From positions 7,727-71,726 of the IMG/VR virus record IMGVR_UViG_3300035510_000379: 64,000 bases of DNA. The stretch is one strand, 5' to 3'. This DNA is from a virus (taxonomy: Duplodnaviria; Caudoviricetes). The position numbers and the translations under genes are program-made. Each line of letters starts with the position of its first letter. Within the stretch, counting starts at the first letter, position 1. Below the pieces are notes generated by a model, which saw nothing but the letters and a program-made list of their open reading frames with translations, was not told the DNA's origin and did no database searches. Positions 60,842 through 64,000 of the stretch are shown here, in pieces.

Positions 60842-62254
60842 TTGAGTAATGCAATAGTTCCACGCGGAGATAAAACTCATTCATTAGGCACATCTAAAAA
60901 GAGATGGAATGAAGTACATAGTTCAGCAGTATATACAGAAAATATAGAAGCAGAAACCGTGGGCGGCAAATTAGCTGATTTAATTAACGATAAGGCATCT
61001 AATGCAGCCCTTGCCGATGTAAAAGGCTCTATGAACATGGCAGACGCTCCTTGCTTTTATTCAAGAAGCGAAAGATTTAAAGCAACTGGTCAGACAGAAT
61101 TAACTACTCCTAACATCCTGTGGGTAAATATTTCCGACAGAGGTTATAAAACAAACACTCCACAAGTATTCGATATATCGCAGCCTGAATCATGGGATAC
61201 TAAAGCTACGCTATATCAAACAAATACAACGTATAATATAGACGATTACGTTTATATAAATGACGCAACTGATACATATTTATATAAAGCTACAACGGAA
61301 GGTCTTACCTCAACTTTGACAAATACATTCCCAGAAAAGGTGGGCGAAACATTTACTGACAACGCCGTAATATGGGAATGTGTATTAAACTACGCTAATG
61401 GCAAAAACAGAGCAGGCAAAGACTTTTACATATATGCTTGTCAAAACGAAGATAAAACAAGCATTGAACCAGTTTATATTTTAACAGCAAACTCAACAGT
61501 GCCTCTAGGATATAATGCTGATAATTCAAGAAAAATAGGCGGCTTTCATTGTGAATGTGCCGACATAGGCAATACTGGCGATACTAACCACCCGTTGAAT
61601 AATTATATGGTAGGAGATATACTTCCTAATTCAGTATGGGATTTATCTCATAGACCTATATCTGAACCAGAAGGTATGTGCTATGTAGACGGCTTAGATA
61701 AATGGTTTGATATTTATTTGGATTCATGGAATGGTTCTAAACTTGTATCTTCATACGGCGGTACAATAGCGGACGGTGGCAGTTCTCCTACTTGGCATGG
61801 TGAAAAATTCATAGAACAGTTGGGCTTGCAAAAGAAAAGGCTTATGTGGCGCGATGAGTTTACGGTTCTCGCAAAAGGTTCAAATGAATTAACCGCAATT
61901 AAAGGCGCGGCAGACCCAAGTACGACTGGCGGTCATGTAGATACGGCGGGACGAAGAACGGTATCGTATTACGGACATGAAGATTGTTGCGGTGTACTGT
62001 GGCAGTGGTGTCGCGATACGTTTGAATATTCGCCAAGCTATACTTGGTCTACGGATTCCGTATATAATGCGTCAGTAGACGCAAAACAATATGGTTCTGC
62101 GGCTGGCTCTCTGCGGCGTGCGCTGGTCGGGGGTTATTGGATCCCTTCTTCGTATTGCGGTTCGCGTTCCTTCGGTGGTAGCAGTGTGTCGGCTTCCGTC
62201 AGTGCGAATATTGCTGCGCGCGGCGCGTCCGAGCCTTTCAAATTTTCCTTCTGA
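60842..62254 (+). CDS. mtd: Mtd-like receptor-binding protein (C-type lectin fold), DGR target
   Basis: WDLSHRP..PEGM..W.DIYL, TIADG, KRL...EF..LAKG, G.LWQW and ALVGG.W....CGSR...ARGAS match my recollection of Bordetella phage Mtd; the VR lies at the 3' end. Confidence 0.85.
   Translation: MSNAIVPRGDKTHSLGTSKKRWNEVHSSAVYTENIEAETVGGKLADLINDKASNAALADVKGSMNMADAPCFYSRSERFKATGQTELTTPNILWVNISDRGYKTNTPQVFDISQPESWDTKATLYQTNTTYNIDDYVYINDATDTYLYKATTEGLTSTLTNTFPEKVGETFTDNAVIWECVLNYANGKNRAGKDFYIYACQNEDKTSIEPVYILTANSTVPLGYNADNSRKIGGFHCECADIGNTGDTNHPLNNYMVGDILPNSVWDLSHRPISEPEGMCYVDGLDKWFDIYLDSWNGSKLVSSYGGTIADGGSSPTWHGEKFIEQLGLQKKRLMWRDEFTVLAKGSNELTAIKGAADPSTTGGHVDTAGRRTVSYYGHEDCCGVLWQWCRDTFEYSPSYTWSTDSVYNASVDAKQYGSAAGSLRRALVGGYWIPSSYCGSRSFGGSSVSASVSANIAARGASEPFKFSF
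62096..62232 (+). repeat. DGR variable repeat (VR)
   Basis: Colinear over 137 bp with 62572-62708; 19 mismatches, 18 opposite TR adenines; ends in a GC-rich gctgcgcgcggc tract. Confidence 0.95.
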
Positions 62255-62276
62255 TTATAGAAGAAGGAAAATTTGA
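62238..62276 (+). other. Hairpin/cruciform downstream of VR (DGR target-recognition element)
   Basis: Perfect 15-bp inverted repeat tcaaattttccttct/agaaggaaaatttga with 9-nt loop, 5 bp after the VR end. Confidence 0.8.
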
Positions 62277-62362
62277 CGCGCGGATTTTGCTCTTAACGCC
62301 ATTTTGTGCGAAATACGCAATAATTAGATAGTCAAATATCGCTAAAATATTTAAAAAAGTGC

Positions 62363-62391
62363 TTGCAAAATTCGTTTTAGTAATATATAAT
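62363..62391 (+). promoter_or_regulatory. Sigma70/sigmaA-type promoter upstream of TR
   Basis: TTGCAA (62363-62368), 17-bp spacer, TATAAT (62386-62391). Confidence 0.7.
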
Positions 62392-62400
62392 AATAAACAA

Positions 62401-62553
62401 GCCGATAGTGTTGATGACATAATAACTTAACATAAGGCGGCAAACGGGTAATGAACATAGCCTTTCACTCTTGTGATAAATTGGTAATGCCAATATGTTC
62501 CGCTTTCTTGTAGAGCATATATAACTTCAAAAAAAAGTTAGTTTGCAAGAAGC
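62401..62553 (+). ncRNA. Putative structured 5' leader of the TR RNA
   Basis: Three consecutive by-eye folds: gccg/cggc plus tgttga/ttaaca; a gaacata/tatgttc three-way junction; and gctttcttgtag/ttgcaagaagc with an inner taactt/aagtta stem. No ORF longer than about 20 codons. Confidence 0.45.
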
Positions 62554-62571
62554 AGTTTACGAGTTATGACG

Positions 62572-62708
62572 TATGCGAATGGCTCTCTACGGCGTGCGCT
62601 AGTCGGGGGTAATTGGAGCAATTCTTCGTATTGCGGTTCACGTTCCTTCAATGGTAACAATGTGTCAGCTAACGTCAATGCGAATATTGCTGCGCGCGGC
62701 ACGTCCGA
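62572..62708 (+). repeat. DGR template repeat (TR)
   Basis: Adenine-rich copy of the VR: 28 A and nine AAY codons in the VR frame; lies upstream of the RT. Confidence 0.95.
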
Positions 62709-62948
62709 TACTTTAGTGATAATTGGTGCGTTTGGCACTTTGATTTTACTTTTTTCTAATATTACGATAATTTTAAGGGCTTGTTTTTCCAAAAAACAAA
62801 TCAAAAAGAAAACAATGAAATTAAAGACAAAAGCCTATAAACACAAAAAGGCTGAACTCGATAGACTTTGGTTGCGTTAAACCAAAATACACAAATGTGT
62901 AGGTTATCCGTTTAGTAGGTTGTTTTTAATGCGAAAGTCAGATAACCA

Positions 62949-62985
62949 ATTAAGGCGGTGCTATGATAAATAGCACCGCCTTAAT
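62949..62985 (+). other. Perfect 16-bp hairpin in the TR-RT spacer
   Basis: attaaggcggtgctat / atagcaccgccttaat with 5-nt loop, 32 nt before the RT start; no U tract. Confidence 0.7.
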
Positions 62986-63017
62986 AAATGAAGAAGTTTA
63001 ATAAAGCGAGGTGTATA

Positions 63018-63902
63018 ATGAAAAGATACGGTAATTTGTTTAGCAAAGTTGTAGCATTGGATAATATCGAAAATGCTTTTACAAAAGCTAAAAAAGGCAA
63101 AAGCTGGCAAGAGAAAGTACAAATAGTAGAAAAGAATAAGGATTATTATCTTAACAAAATAAAAAACAGCCTTATCAACAAAACCTTTCGTACATCTAAA
63201 TACAATACTAAAATGATATATGAGCCTAAACAGAGATTAATCTATGTATTGCCATTTTTTCCAGACAGAATAGTTCAGCACGCTATTATGAATGTTATTT
63301 CGCCTATTTGGGAAAGTATGATGATACACGATAGTTACAGCTGCCGTAAAGGCAAAGGACAGCATTTAGGAAGCAAGCAATCCATGGAAGATGTTATGCG
63401 AAATAAATATTGCCTACAATGCGATATATCGAAATTTTACCCAAGTATTAGTCATAATATTCTGTATAATATAGTGCAAAAGAAAATCAAGGACAAAGAT
63501 ATGCTTTGGTTATTAAATGATATAATTTATAGCATTGACGGCGGTAAAAACGTACCTATCGGCAATTACACTTCACAGTGGTTTGGCAATCTATATTTAA
63601 ATGAATTAGATATGAGAGTAAAGCATATTTATAAAATAAAAGACTATATTCGCTACTGTGATGATTTCGTTTTATTTTTCAACAACAAAAAAGAATTAAA
63701 CGAAATAGCGAAAGATGTTAAAACATTCTTGCAAGAAAAATTAGACTTGACGCTAAGTAAATGCAGCTTGTTTCACACATCGCAAGGATTAGATTTTTTA
63801 GGATACAGACATTTTCCTAACGGTAAAATATTAGTACGAAAAAGAACAATAAAGCGTTTGACTAAAATGCTCAAAGGAATGAATAACTCACCACTTAATT
63901 GA
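63018..63902 (+). pseudogene. DGR reverse transcriptase, C-terminally truncated by an IS insertion
   Basis: ATG 63018 after GAGGTG; MKRYGNL, FPDRIVQHA, DSYSCRKGKG, CDISKFYPSI, VPIGNYTSQWF, YIRYCDDF, GLDFLGY. Only 24 native residues follow GLDFLGY before IS-derived sequence supplies a TGA. Confidence 0.85.
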
Positions 63903-64000
63903 GGCTTTGCCTCAATTTGAAGTGGGAGTTTCTAAAACTCAGGAATTGAGTTTAGGGGTGTCCACTCACCCACCTATTCAATGTTACTTGAATTACTTTT
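63879..64000 (-). mobile_element. Right end (omega-RNA-like) of an IS200/IS605-family element, continuing beyond the window
   Basis: Minus strand reads ...agaaactcccacttcaaattgaggc-aaa-gcctcaattaagtggtgagttaTTCAT: a subterminal hairpin plus TTCAT end, with the same layout as the 14365 element end. Confidence 0.7.

Noticed and set aside
62401-62560. Known riboswitch (for example c-di-GMP-I, suggested by ggcaaac) in the DGR leader
   Set aside because: The remaining conserved elements and the second stem are not recognisable; kept only as an unassigned structured leader.
977-62804. Numerous 60-210 aa minus-strand and alternate-frame ORFs in the track
   Set aside because: All are shadows of long plus-strand genes or of the TR/VR, with antisense-type composition and no SD or recognisable motif.
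62988-63017. Track start of the RT at 62988
   Set aside because: ATG 63018 follows GAGGTG and gives the typical MKRYGNL start.
1-64000. Stop-codon reassignment, tRNA genes, CRISPR arrays or additional VR copies
   Set aside because: Genes up to 9 kb are open in the standard code and TAA, TAG and TGA all act as stops. No cloverleaf, spaced repeat array or second TR-like match was noticed by eye.

Overview
AT-rich, almost entirely plus-strand morphogenesis region of a large tailed phage or prophage with a contractile tail. The host is probably a Firmicute (inferred from SD and sigma-A-like signals and Gram-positive-type baseplate genes). Gene order: portal, prohead protease/scaffold, head protein, HK97-like major capsid, Ig-like and neck proteins, a short and a long tail-sheath paralog, three tail-tube paralogs, and chaperones. 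Three giant genes (2200, 3089 and 2725 aa) follow, then baseplate and tail-fibre genes, and a diversity-generating retroelement (DGR) at the right end. Main results: (1) The 3089-aa protein sits where a tape-measure/ejection gene is expected. It carries both double-psi beta-barrel motif sets of a two-barrel RNA polymerase in the correct order (including D-x-SGR, R-x-P and DMDGD) plus an N-terminal DEDDh exonuclease domain. (2) Its two giant neighbours also carry nuclease-type domains (HNH and SNase-like). (3) The DGR has an Mtd-like target and a 137-bp TR/VR pair with 19 mismatches, 18 at TR adenines. It has no avd at the usual position; a consensus promoter and a structured leader sit there instead, and the RT is cut short by an IS200/IS605-type right end. 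(4) A 218-bp IS200/IS605-derived mini-element retaining an omega-RNA-like end lies upstream of the tube gene. (5) Two genes appear to start at ATA or ATT. All protein calls are by-eye motif recognition; no database searches were run.
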